From positions 352,001 to 416,000 of the forward strand of contig CAWFQL010000016.1 in NCBI GenBank assembly GCA_963817915.1: 64,000 nucleotides of DNA, read 5' to 3'. This document shows positions 42,410-51,721 of this stretch, piece by piece. The notes beneath the pieces are model-generated. The model was not told where the DNA came from, did no database searches, and worked only from the letters and a program-made list of their open reading frames with translations. Numbering within the stretch: the first letter of the stretch is position 1; each line of letters begins with the position of its first letter. The position numbers and the translations under genes are program-made. This DNA comes from an uncultured candidate division Zixibacteria bacterium (GTDB lineage: Bacteria; Zixibacteria; MSB-5A5; UBA10806).

Positions 42410-42436
42410 AAGGCGGCACCGTTTGGTGTCGCCTTT
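42410..42436 (+). terminator. Terminator closing the beta-helix array
   Basis: AAGGCGGCACC-GTTT-GGTGTCGCCTTT hairpin. Confidence 0.65.
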
Positions 42437-42644
42437 GTGTTATTTGCCGTAGCGAAAGTACTTTTCTTTTAAAAAACAATTTAAACATACTAAGATATCC
42501 ATATCTATTTATAATTTCAAATTCGCACCTGAATTTATTTTGGGATCAAACTTTTTGCGTGTTCGAGCGTCAAATACATCCAATATGGAAACATGGAGAC
42601 CGGTTTGACGGTTTTCAGCGATATGCCTAAAGGAGGTATACATC

Positions 42645-43055
42645 ATGTCTAGCAGCAGACTAATCAGGCTGACCCTTATCCTAACTGTTTTAGGGTTGGC
42701 GATTTTTTCCGGCTTGGCCGCGGCCAAAGGTAATAAATACGCGGATAAAGCCGCCGAGCATCTGGCATTCTTGAAGAGCAAGCTTAACCTTACGGATGTT
42801 CAAGCCGAGAAGGTAAAAGCTATTCTGGACGAATCACAGAAGACAGCAATGACGGATCGGCAGAAATATAAAGGAAATAAAGATGCCATCCGCAGCGCTT
42901 CCATGGAACGGCAAAAATCGATGGACGAGAAGATAATGGCTGTCCTCGATGAAAACCAGAAGAAGGAATTCGACAAAATCAAAGACACTTCGTGGGAACC
43001 AATGAAAACCCCCAAAGTCCAAAAGACCCAGGAAGCTCCCAAGAGCGGCTATTAA
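42645..43055 (+). CDS. Periplasmic helical protein, Spy/CpxP-like
   Basis: AAGGAGG RBS; signal peptide; LNLTDVQ and VLDENQKKEF (LTxxQ-like) motifs. Confidence 0.65.
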   Translation: MSSSRLIRLTLILTVLGLAIFSGLAAAKGNKYADKAAEHLAFLKSKLNLTDVQAEKVKAILDESQKTAMTDRQKYKGNKDAIRSASMERQKSMDEKIMAVLDENQKKEFDKIKDTSWEPMKTPKVQKTQEAPKSGY

Positions 43056-43075
43056 AAGTTTAAGCCAGTGTTAAG

Positions 43076-43110
43076 AAAATCGCCGGGTCAGATGACCTGG
43101 CGATTTTTTT
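43076..43110. terminator. Bidirectional terminator
   Basis: AAAATCGCCGGGTCA-GA-TGACCTGGCGATTTTTTT between convergent genes. Confidence 0.8.
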
Positions 43111-43114
43111 CTAC

Positions 43115-43192
43115 TTATTTCTTTTTGGCGACTTTCTTCTTGGTCGCTTTTTTGACCGCTGGTTTCGATGCTCCGCATTTCTTGCAGCCCAT
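43115..43192 (-). CDS. 25-aa Lys-rich CxxC microprotein MGCKKCGASKPAVKKATKKKVAKKK
   Basis: GGAGG 6 nt upstream of ATG; the stop is immediately followed by the terminator; below the ORF-track cutoff. Confidence 0.7.
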   Translation of the reverse strand: MGCKKCGASKPAVKKATKKKVAKKK

Positions 43193-43385
43193 TAAGTCCT
43201 CCAAAGGTTAAAAATACAAGGACAACATTGTCTTTTATATTTCACAATGCCAAAATTGTCAAATCCTTATAATGTCGACACCAAGGATTATTATTAATTT
43301 TGGAAGCGGGAACATGGATATCAAAAACTAAGTATATATTTCGCGTGGGAAAAATATAAAGGTCACTTTCAAAGGTGAGGTAGTT

Positions 43386-44012
43386 ATGAAAAAACGTGAT
43401 AGAAATGCTGGCTTCCTTTGGGTGCTTCTGGGCTCGATAATTTTTTTGTCGCCATTAGCCAATGCTACAAATCATCATATCAGCATTACGGGCCTTCAAT
43501 TCGTGCCGCACGGGATATCCGTCAATATCGGTGATACGGTTACCTGGACGAACAATGACGCAGTCTTGCATACGTCGACAAGCGATCAGGGCGTTTGGAA
43601 TTCAGGCACCTTGGCACAGGGAGCTTCATTTTCATTCCGGTTCGACAATTCTGGACGATTTCCATACCATTGCGCCGTGCATCTTTTTATGAAAGATACA
43701 ATCAATGTCGCATTGACTGGAATCAATGATAATTCAAGCAATATCCCGACACAATTTGAACTAAGCCAGAACTATCCCAACCCCTTCAACGCTGAAACCA
43801 ATATCGATTTTACTCTCAACGCCGAAGGACACGCGTTACTTGAAATTTATAATGTGCTTGGGCAGATAGTAGATGTCCTCGTGGATCAGACGATGAGCCC
43901 GGGAACATACAAATATAATTGGAACGCCGGAAACAGAACATCGGGTGTTTTCTTTTATCGGCTGACATTCGAAGGCCAAACCAAAACTGGCCGAATGACA
44001 CTGCTGAAATAA
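43386..44012 (+). CDS. Secreted cupredoxin (amicyanin/plastocyanin-like) with T9SS-type CTD
   Basis: GDTVTWTN..H and YHCAVHLFM give His/Cys/His/Met type-1 Cu ligands; NYPNPFN CTD. Confidence 0.88.
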   Translation: MKKRDRNAGFLWVLLGSIIFLSPLANATNHHISITGLQFVPHGISVNIGDTVTWTNNDAVLHTSTSDQGVWNSGTLAQGASFSFRFDNSGRFPYHCAVHLFMKDTINVALTGINDNSSNIPTQFELSQNYPNPFNAETNIDFTLNAEGHALLEIYNVLGQIVDVLVDQTMSPGTYKYNWNAGNRTSGVFFYRLTFEGQTKTGRMTLLK

Positions 44013-44034
44013 ATGACCAGATTATATAAATAAA

Positions 44035-44063
44035 ATAGGCGGCTTCATCCGGGGCCGCCTTTT
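44035..44063 (+). terminator. Rho-independent terminator
   Basis: AGGCGGCTTC-ATCC-GGGGCCGCCTTTT. Confidence 0.7.
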
Positions 44064-44170
44064 CAATTATTTCCTGCGAGTCACTGCTCGCCGTGACCGC
44101 ATCTTAGCAGTGTTCGCTATCAGGGATTATTTTGGCTTGGTGGCAGGTCTCCGCACCTGCCACCCAACTA

Positions 44171-44736
44171 TTACATTCGTTCGAATTTGCCCATGAGCTC
44201 GCCCTTGGCGATGATATGGCCGTCCATCGCTTTTAATACATTCTCGCGGCGGGCATCGGATTTTAGTTCTAATGTTATATCAAGAGCGTAAAGTCTGAAA
44301 AAGTAGCGATGCGGGCCGCCTCTTGGCGGGCTTGGTCCGCCATAGCAATTTTCGCCCCAGCTGTTTTTCGCCTGCTTGCCAATTTTAGGATCGAGATTCT
44401 TCTTGGGGATATTCTCGGGCAGCCCTGTCGAATCGGGAGGGATTCCGTAAACCACCCAATGCGACCAGGTCTCGCCCGGGGCATCGGGATCATCCATTAT
44501 TAGCACCAGCTCTTTGGTGCCCGTTGGCGGTTTGCTCCAAGAAAGTTGAGGGGAGATATCGTCTCTCAATGCTGTATATTTCGCTGGAATATTTTCGCCA
44601 ATTTTGAATGCGTTGCTTTTGACTTCAAGCGTCGGCATCACAGCCTCCTTCTTATCTTCGGCCATTCCAGATGACAGCCAAAAAATCAAGGCCGCAATAT
44701 AATATTGTGAAAATTGATCTTTTCGATGCTCTTCAT
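44171..44736 (-). CDS. YbhB/YbcL (PEBP/Raf kinase inhibitor-like) protein; N-terminus probably frameshifted
   Basis: SPQLSW, DPDAP, HWVVY, YGGPSPP and HRYFF motifs; AAGGAGG RBS + ATG at 44736 lies out of frame with the core. Confidence 0.85.
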
Positions 44737-44874
44737 TATTCCTCCTTTTCGCCGAATTATAATTACAGCCTCCATATGAAACTGGCAAGACAAAATTGAT
44801 GTTAATGACACAATATGAAGATTGAAATGGCTTCATTTTAATTCATAGGCTATAAATAATAGAGGCAAGCGCTT

Positions 44875-45663
44875 TTGATGATAAATGTGAATGGGGAAAA
44901 AAGACCCGCATTTAATTATTACGGGCTGATAATTTTCATTCTTGAGTTGTTTTTGGGTCTGATATGGCATTCAGCGACTAACTATGTTAATTGGTTGGCG
45001 CTACTCCCTTTGATAATTATCGCTATCTATTTTTACAGCGTCGGCGGGTTCATGTTCGCGCAGTCGTTGTTTTTCATATTTATATATTTAACCCGGTTAT
45101 TCCAAGTGGCAAAGTTAGGGTTACTGTTCGCTTTGCCGCTTGGCCTTTATATTCTGATATCGATATTGGTAAAAAGGCGTTCTGAATTGCTCCCCTGGCT
45201 AAAAAAGGGAAGACTCGGCAGCGAGGTATTCGGCTTAAGCATTTTAACAGTAATTGTGTCGTCTTTTGCGTTGATTGGCTGGTATGAAATTGCCAAACCC
45301 AATGTCAGCCGATTTTGGGCGCTGATTCCCGACTTCAATATCGATGTTCTGATCCCGCTCGGTGTCGGGTTTGCCATAGTAAATTCGATCGTTGAGGAGT
45401 TCATTTTCCGGGGAATTATCTGGCACTCATTGGAGGATATCGGTTGTAATATATTACAAGTCTTGACCATTCAAGCGATCATCTTTGGCCTTATCCATTA
45501 TAACGGGTTTCCTGGCGGCCTTAGTGGTGTCGGTCTCGCTACGATTTATGGGGCGTTTTTGGGTGCGATTAGATACCGCTCGCGGGGATTATTTGCTCCC
45601 ATAACTGTTCATGTATTCGCTGATGTTCTAATTTTCATTTTGCTGCTTGCAAGAATAGCGTAG
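44875..45663 (+). CDS. CPBP (CAAX/Abi) intramembrane glutamic endopeptidase
   Basis: EEFIFRG, FGLIH and HVFAD motifs; multiple TM segments. Confidence 0.9.
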   Translation: MMINVNGEKRPAFNYYGLIIFILELFLGLIWHSATNYVNWLALLPLIIIAIYFYSVGGFMFAQSLFFIFIYLTRLFQVAKLGLLFALPLGLYILISILVKRRSELLPWLKKGRLGSEVFGLSILTVIVSSFALIGWYEIAKPNVSRFWALIPDFNIDVLIPLGVGFAIVNSIVEEFIFRGIIWHSLEDIGCNILQVLTIQAIIFGLIHYNGFPGGLSGVGLATIYGAFLGAIRYRSRGLFAPITVHVFADVLIFILLLARIA

Positions 45664-45941
45664 ATAGAATCCATAATACATTATTAATATGCCTAACACG
45701 AATTACCATCATATGTATCGAATTAGTTGTAATATTTATCGAATATTAAGCTTCGATGCTACAAAAACGGTGCAATACTTATATCGCTATACGCATTTTG
45801 TAGGCATTAAAGTAAGGTTGAGGATTTTGGGTATAGGCCGATACACGAATAGGTACTTGCCGTTCCATTTGCTTATGATGCCGAAGGGGGGCGAACGGTA
45901 AGGATTTCCAGCCAGCTTGGGCTTTTTGGGGGTCCAAGTAC

Positions 45942-45980
45942 AAAACCGGCCCTGAAGTCAACATTAGGACCGGTTTTTTT
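45942..45980. terminator. Bidirectional terminator
   Basis: AAAACCGGCCCT...AGGACCGGTTTTTTT. Confidence 0.75.
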
Positions 45981-46010
45981 ATTGCTACGGCAAATGAAAT
46001 AACAATTTTC

Positions 46011-47243
46011 CTACCCCTCCAAAAACACATGAGCGAAAATCTTGGCATCCCCCAAGATAAATGATATGTCAGTGTATTCGTTAGGTTGATGGGCTGTCTC
46101 ATGAATCCTGCTCCAGACCGCCACCGGATATCCCAATCTGCGGAATAGTGCCGCAACTGTCCCCCCGCCTATGCCGCAAACTGTCCCCTGGACATTATAG
46201 ACCTTCTTGATAGCTTTTTTAAGAGCCTCGACCACCGGGGAATTTTCAGGAGTTGGCGGAGCGGCCTCGGCTTTTTGAACAGGGCTGACTTTGATTTTGA
46301 CATTATCGGCAAGTTCGATTTCGCGAGCCCATTTTTCAATCATCGATACGACTTCATCGAGTTTATACTTGGGTAGGACTCGGCAATCGATATAAAAGAC
46401 ATCATCGCCGGGGATAGTATTGATATTGGGGACATTGGCTTCCTTCTTGGTCGGCTCGAATGACGAATAGGCCGGTTCGAAGAGGCTATCTTTGTAGTCG
46501 AAAATGTTATACAGCGCATGAACCTTTGCGGCTAATTTCGAGGCGGCGGCGAAGGCGTTGACACCCTGATCCGGGCGAGAGGCGTGACATTGCTTGCCGG
46601 TAGTTTCAACCTTGAGCCAGCAAATCGATTTTTCGGCAATTTCGATCGTCTTGCCTTCGGGATCGCCGGAATCGGGGACAATTATCAGGTCTTCTTTTTT
46701 GAATATTTTATGATGTTCGAGTACATAGTCTATCCCGAATTTCGAACCGACTTCCTCATCGGCGACAAAAATCAGGCCAACATTGTACTTCGGTTTTACA
46801 CCGGAATCAATCAGCGCCTTCCCGGCTATTACTCCGGCTACCAGGCCATGCTGATTGTCTTCGACGCCTCGGCCGAACATGCGATCCCCCTCGACACGCA
46901 ATGTGTAAGGATCGCCTTGCCACTTTGAAAGATCGCCCGGCGGAACAATATCGGTATGTGCCATTATCCAAACAGTTTTGGAATTATCTTTGCCGGAGAA
47001 ATTATATACCAAATTGGGGCGGATACCGCTGGGAACTCGCTTATCGGGGGCATTGTATTCTTCCGGTTTCGGGAATCCTGCCGCAGCCAGGTATTTTTTC
47101 AGCGCTTCCGCCTTTTTGATTTCACCTTCACCTTCGCTTTCGGGAGCAAGCGCCGGAATCGATGTCAGCAACCGTTCTAATTCGATAACGTCATTGCGAT
47201 ACCCGTCTATTTTTTGCGAAATTTTGTTGAATTCCTCACCCAT
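46011..47243 (-). CDS. M20 metallohydrolase (DapE/ArgE-like)
   Basis: AHTDIVPPG, GRGVEDN, DEE, HAS and AHQPNE motifs. Confidence 0.9.
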   Translation of the reverse strand: MGEEFNKISQKIDGYRNDVIELERLLTSIPALAPESEGEGEIKKAEALKKYLAAAGFPKPEEYNAPDKRVPSGIRPNLVYNFSGKDNSKTVWIMAHTDIVPPGDLSKWQGDPYTLRVEGDRMFGRGVEDNQHGLVAGVIAGKALIDSGVKPKYNVGLIFVADEEVGSKFGIDYVLEHHKIFKKEDLIIVPDSGDPEGKTIEIAEKSICWLKVETTGKQCHASRPDQGVNAFAAASKLAAKVHALYNIFDYKDSLFEPAYSSFEPTKKEANVPNINTIPGDDVFYIDCRVLPKYKLDEVVSMIEKWAREIELADNVKIKVSPVQKAEAAPPTPENSPVVEALKKAIKKVYNVQGTVCGIGGGTVAALFRRLGYPVAVWSRIHETAHQPNEYTDISFILGDAKIFAHVFLEG

Positions 47244-47721
47244 TTGTATCCTCCTTAAAGATTTCATTATAATGATGTATCATCTGCGGCGGCTCGATTC
47301 CAAGCAATCTCAGGTACACATAAAGATTGCCGCGATGATGAATTTCCTCGTCGATAGCGACATAAATAATAGCCTCGCCTGATATTGAACCGAATTTGGT
47401 TTCATAAGTTTTCATGAATCTGCCTTCGGGCATCATCTTCAGAAAATCATTCGTTCGTTGATGTTCGTTATAAAGTCTGTCGTATAGCGATTTTTTCTCG
47501 AGAATAGGAAAATCCGGCGACGATCTGTAGATCCAATCCTGATTGACCAAACCTCTCCTGATATATAGCTCGACATCAACGATATGCGTAAATTGCTCGG
47601 CGACATTTCGAACATCCTTCGTCGGTCTGAAAGTCATTTGATCCTCTGGGAAAAGTTCGAGCAAATGCAACGTCAGTTTCCTGACATTATCCCAGTATTT
47701 CATAATCTCTCTTTTGACCAT
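47236..47721 (-). CDS. DinB family protein
   Basis: FRPT...AEQFTH and EIHHRGNLYVYLRLLG motifs. Confidence 0.85.
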   Translation of the reverse strand: MVKREIMKYWDNVRKLTLHLLELFPEDQMTFRPTKDVRNVAEQFTHIVDVELYIRRGLVNQDWIYRSSPDFPILEKKSLYDRLYNEHQRTNDFLKMMPEGRFMKTYETKFGSISGEAIIYVAIDEEIHHRGNLYVYLRLLGIEPPQMIHHYNEIFKEDTNG

Positions 47722-47725
47722 GATT

Positions 47726-48493
47726 TTACGACTTATTACAGATTATTATAAATGTTATGGGGAGATGGTCGGCGATATAGCTATATTCGGACATTATCTC
47801 TTTAGAAAATCCTATATGCGGCGTATCGATTGTGGATTTGGGCTCCAATATTTTGGAAATTGCAAAACCGGACTCGATTAAGGTATTGCAGTATTGAGGA
47901 ATCGATCTCACGTAATGCTGGAAACGGGGCGAGGTAGCCATATCGTCAAAATCCCAACGCCATTTCATCAGAATAGGTTCGGCTGGATATGGATTATTGA
48001 AACTCACTCCACCATCGATTTCGTCGATTATATATTGAAGAGGATTCATATCGGATAATATAAATCGGCTGCCCGGTTTGAGCAATCTGTGGGCCTCATC
48101 GAAAACCGACTTTGGATTATCAACAAAGGATATGGCACAAGCCGAAACAATAAAATCGTATGACCCCGAATTTAGTTGGGGGATGTTTTGAATATCACCA
48201 ACCCTGAAATCAATACCAAGCCCTGCGCCGGCCGCCAGCTCTTTTGCGAGCCCAATCTGTTTTAGCGAGAAATCAATTGCGGTGACATCGGCGCCTAACC
48301 TGGCAAGCGCGATAGCGTTCTGACCGCAGCCGCAGCCGAGATCAATAACTTTTTTATCCTTCAAATTACCGACCAGTCCAAGCTTGTCGTCGCCGGGACA
48401 TAGGGGACCATAGTGAACCACATCGGTGGATATCTCGTAGCGTTTCAGATAGCGGTCTGAAATAATATCCCATGATTTTCGAAGATCGACCAT
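47726..48493 (-). CDS. Class I SAM-dependent methyltransferase
   Basis: VIDLGCGCG, YDFI and LLKPG motifs. Confidence 0.9.
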   Translation of the reverse strand: MVDLRKSWDIISDRYLKRYEISTDVVHYGPLCPGDDKLGLVGNLKDKKVIDLGCGCGQNAIALARLGADVTAIDFSLKQIGLAKELAAGAGLGIDFRVGDIQNIPQLNSGSYDFIVSACAISFVDNPKSVFDEAHRLLKPGSRFILSDMNPLQYIIDEIDGGVSFNNPYPAEPILMKWRWDFDDMATSPRFQHYVRSIPQYCNTLIESGFAISKILEPKSTIDTPHIGFSKEIMSEYSYIADHLPITFIIICNKS

Positions 48494-48636
48494 GTCTATT
48501 AGTATATCCTAAACATATTCGAAACGCAACCATGATAGCGTTATCCATATTGAAAATGATAATCATAATAATATTGGGAACAGTGACGACTAAATACTCG
48601 TTTAACCCAAAGCATGAGGAAAGGGAAGATGGAAAT

Positions 48637-49182
48637 ATGAAAAAGAACATGATGATAATTACGATGTTTGGACTGATGGTACTTGCGGCTTCGAATGTCT
48701 GGTCGCAGTCGATTTTAAAAGCAGGAGATACCGTACCGCAATTCAGCCTGTCATTTGCCACCAAGGATGGTCTTGATCTCGGCGCCAAGATAGGACCGGA
48801 TGTGATGAAGGGTAAAGTATTTCTAATTGCGTTTTATCCGGCGGATTGGTCGGGGGGATGCACCAAGGAATTTTGCACTTATCGAGACAACTACAAAGCA
48901 TTCGAGGATTTCGGAGTCCAGGTCTTGATGATATCGGGAGATTATGTTTATGCACATCAGCAATGGGCTAAGGAACAAAATTTCCCGTTTTATTTGCTTT
49001 CGGATCATAAGCATGATGTGGCGAGAGAATTCGGAGTCTATAATGAAGCGACGGGCTATAATGTTCGTTCGGTATTTTTGATTAGCAAGGATGGGCGAAT
49101 CGCTTACATGAATCCGAAATATTCGGTACAGGATGACAAAGATTTTGATGCCTTGAAAGAGGCCATAAGAACCCTAAAGTAG
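48637..49182 (+). CDS. Exported peroxiredoxin (AhpC/TSA, BCP-like)
   Basis: Signal peptide; FYPADWSGGCTKEFC, LLSD and RSVFLI motifs. Confidence 0.88.
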   Translation: MKKNMMIITMFGLMVLAASNVWSQSILKAGDTVPQFSLSFATKDGLDLGAKIGPDVMKGKVFLIAFYPADWSGGCTKEFCTYRDNYKAFEDFGVQVLMISGDYVYAHQQWAKEQNFPFYLLSDHKHDVAREFGVYNEATGYNVRSVFLISKDGRIAYMNPKYSVQDDKDFDALKEAIRTLK

Positions 49183-49254
49183 GTCCCACCACCCACTTTT
49201 TTTAGGGTATGCAACTACCCACAAAAGGGCGGACCCCAAAGCCGCCCTTTCTTA

Positions 49255-49977
49255 TTATCCGCAAATTATGAAAAGTCTGCTCCAGAAATATTTGCCTACA
49301 ATCGGTACGAATCTAATCAAATCGACTGGATATAATATACGGACATAATGCGGAAAATTGATCGTCTTGATATTACTGAAACCGAGTTCGGCAAGAATTC
49401 TCTCGTATTGTTTTGACGTTCTCACCCCGATATGCTCCGGATGAGTTCTAAGTATATTATGAGCCTTGAGTATTTCGAGAAAATATTCCCTGTTGGGCGT
49501 GTGTATATAGAGCTCTCCGCCGTCCTTCAAAATTCTATTTAGCCCTGAAAACAATGCTATAAATTCATTGTCATATATATGCTCTACAAAATCGAGCGCG
49601 AATATCTTATCGAATGATTTATCGGGCTGTTTGCTGACGAAATCTATAATGTCCTCGCAAGTGAAATGGGCGTTAACAACATTCATCTTTTCTGCTCTCT
49701 CTTTGGCGACTTTGATAAAATCCTCGGAGAAATCTACCCCTATGTACGAGCCGATTTTGTCACGGATATAATCAAGCAAAAGGGCGTTGCCGCAGCCGAT
49801 ATCAAGTACCCGGTCGTTGGGTCGAAGATTCATATACTTTAGCAATCGTTTGATTCGCCTGTAGTCGCGAACATGATACTTGGCGACATATTCGGCGCCG
49901 TAGATGCTCTTTAGTTGATTCGGTGTGAGTCTCGTATTTTCAGCAGGGCTTTTCATGTTATTATTCAATATAATCAT
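49255..49977 (-). CDS. Class I SAM-dependent methyltransferase
   Basis: VLDIGCG, GVDFS, DFVEH and HTPN motifs. Confidence 0.88.
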   Translation of the reverse strand: MIILNNNMKSPAENTRLTPNQLKSIYGAEYVAKYHVRDYRRIKRLLKYMNLRPNDRVLDIGCGNALLLDYIRDKIGSYIGVDFSEDFIKVAKERAEKMNVVNAHFTCEDIIDFVSKQPDKSFDKIFALDFVEHIYDNEFIALFSGLNRILKDGGELYIHTPNREYFLEILKAHNILRTHPEHIGVRTSKQYERILAELGFSNIKTINFPHYVRILYPVDLIRFVPIVGKYFWSRLFIICG

Positions 49978-50065
49978 TTTTAGAACTACTGGAAACCCAT
50001 AATAATTCTATTTTAATGTTGCTTTTGGGATGGTTTAATTTTTAAATGAACTGGGGTCGGTATTT

Positions 50066-50446
50066 ATGTCAATTATGGCGACATTGGATATTTTGATGTT
50101 TGCTCATGATGATCATTTCATTAAGGCTATGAAGTCCATATTCACTCTTCATCGCCTCAGCGTTATTAGCAAACCCCACAAATTAATGAATACTGAATTT
50201 GTCAGGAATTTACTTAGTGAAAATATTTACGACACGGTAATCTTTTCCAATTATGGTATTCCCATATCGTTGGTTAAAGAGCATGTAAGGCAAATGCCGG
50301 AATCGAATAAATTAAGGGCTATAATGATCACCGGTTTTATCGATAACTTTGTCGAGGAAACCTGCAGGAAATACAATATTAGATTAATTAGGGCGCCATT
50401 CGAACTTTCCGACCTATTTGACGCTATTGATACAACCTTGAATTAA
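50066..50446 (+). CDS. Receiver-domain-like protein lacking canonical phosphorylation residues
   Basis: HDD..F, YDTVIFSN, IMITGF and RAPFELSDL follow REC spacing. Confidence 0.5.
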   Translation: MSIMATLDILMFAHDDHFIKAMKSIFTLHRLSVISKPHKLMNTEFVRNLLSENIYDTVIFSNYGIPISLVKEHVRQMPESNKLRAIMITGFIDNFVEETCRKYNIRLIRAPFELSDLFDAIDTTLN

Positions 50447-50459
50447 GCCAGGAGTTTCA

Positions 50460-51104
50460 ATGAAATACACTGAACGAGCCCATAAGAAATTCGCAAGTGA
50501 ATGGGACAAGATGCTTTCGCATAAATTTATTGTCGAACTCGCGAATAATCGCCTGCCGGATGAGACATTCGATTTCTGGGCTATGCAGGATTATATACTT
50601 GTGCGAGAGGCGATCAGGTTTTTCTCGGTCCTGATGGCTCGATTCCCGCGCAAATACCAGATACCATTTCAGCAATCATTGGCGGGGCTCGAAAACGAGC
50701 TCAAGATATTCGCAGATTACTCGGCCAAACGGGGATTCGATCTGAATAAGGTCGAACCAACTCCGATATGTCATGGATACAACAGCTTCCTTTTATCGTC
50801 GGCCTACCATGAGGATATCGATGCCAATTTTGTTATTCTATATACGGCCGAGAAGGCATACCAGGAAGCCTGGAAGATTGTCCGCGCCGGAATCAGGAAG
50901 CGAACACCGTACGAATCATTTATCGAAAACTGGGCTGGCGATGGTTTCAAGCAGTATGTCGAATGGCTTGCTGTCGAGCTAAATTCCATGACCGATGGCT
51001 ATCCTGAATCGCGTCTGGCCAAGCTCGATGATATATTTCTGCTGACAGTTCGTTATGAATATCAATTCTGGGAGATGGCGTTCAGCGGCCAGCAATGGAT
51101 GTAA
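50460..51104 (+). CDS. TenA/THI-4 family protein
   Basis: H.F..EL....L....F..W..QDY and YEYQFWEMA motifs. Confidence 0.88.
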   Translation: MKYTERAHKKFASEWDKMLSHKFIVELANNRLPDETFDFWAMQDYILVREAIRFFSVLMARFPRKYQIPFQQSLAGLENELKIFADYSAKRGFDLNKVEPTPICHGYNSFLLSSAYHEDIDANFVILYTAEKAYQEAWKIVRAGIRKRTPYESFIENWAGDGFKQYVEWLAVELNSMTDGYPESRLAKLDDIFLLTVRYEYQFWEMAFSGQQWM

Positions 51105-51142
51105 ATAGGTGGCGTCGGGTCTCTGCACCTGACGCTTATTTA

Positions 51143-51688
51143 TTATAACGTAAATATCAACGCCCGGCTGATACTAACCTTAATTTCTTTGAAGTGCATA
51201 AATCCGACCGCTTTGGCAATCTCGACCGTCTTCTCCCAGTCTTTCTTCCCGACATGCATTTTGGGCTCGACCATCATAAATTTCGCGCCCGGCTTTAATA
51301 GCGCGGTTACCTGGCGCAGCAACCCATCTTTGTCAGGCACTTCATGCACCATCCAGAATGCCAAAACGAAATCTGCCTTTTCATTCAGGTCCAGGGAATC
51401 CGCTTTGCATTGATGAGCCCGAATCCGCGATTGCAGGTTATGCTTGGCGGCGTTGGCCTTGACCATGTCGAGCATTTCGGGCTGAAGATCGACTGAGATC
51501 ACGCGGCCAGAATCGCCGACCATCTTCGCCAGGCCGATCGAGAAATACCCCGGCCCGCAACCGAGATCGATCGCGGTCTGGCCATCGGAAACAAGGCCGG
51601 CGAATATCTTCTCCGGCTTATGAAATAGCCGCCTTAGCGGCGTCATCAGCATTCCGGCATGCGTCGCCGGGCAAACATCTGGGGACAT
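51143..51688 (-). CDS. Class I SAM-dependent methyltransferase
   Basis: DLGCGPG, SVDLQ, MVHEV and LKPG motifs. Confidence 0.9.
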   Translation of the reverse strand: MSPDVCPATHAGMLMTPLRRLFHKPEKIFAGLVSDGQTAIDLGCGPGYFSIGLAKMVGDSGRVISVDLQPEMLDMVKANAAKHNLQSRIRAHQCKADSLDLNEKADFVLAFWMVHEVPDKDGLLRQVTALLKPGAKFMMVEPKMHVGKKDWEKTVEIAKAVGFMHFKEIKVSISRALIFTL

Positions 51689-51721
51689 GGGAGCTATCCT
51701 TTTAATTTAAAATGATTAAAA

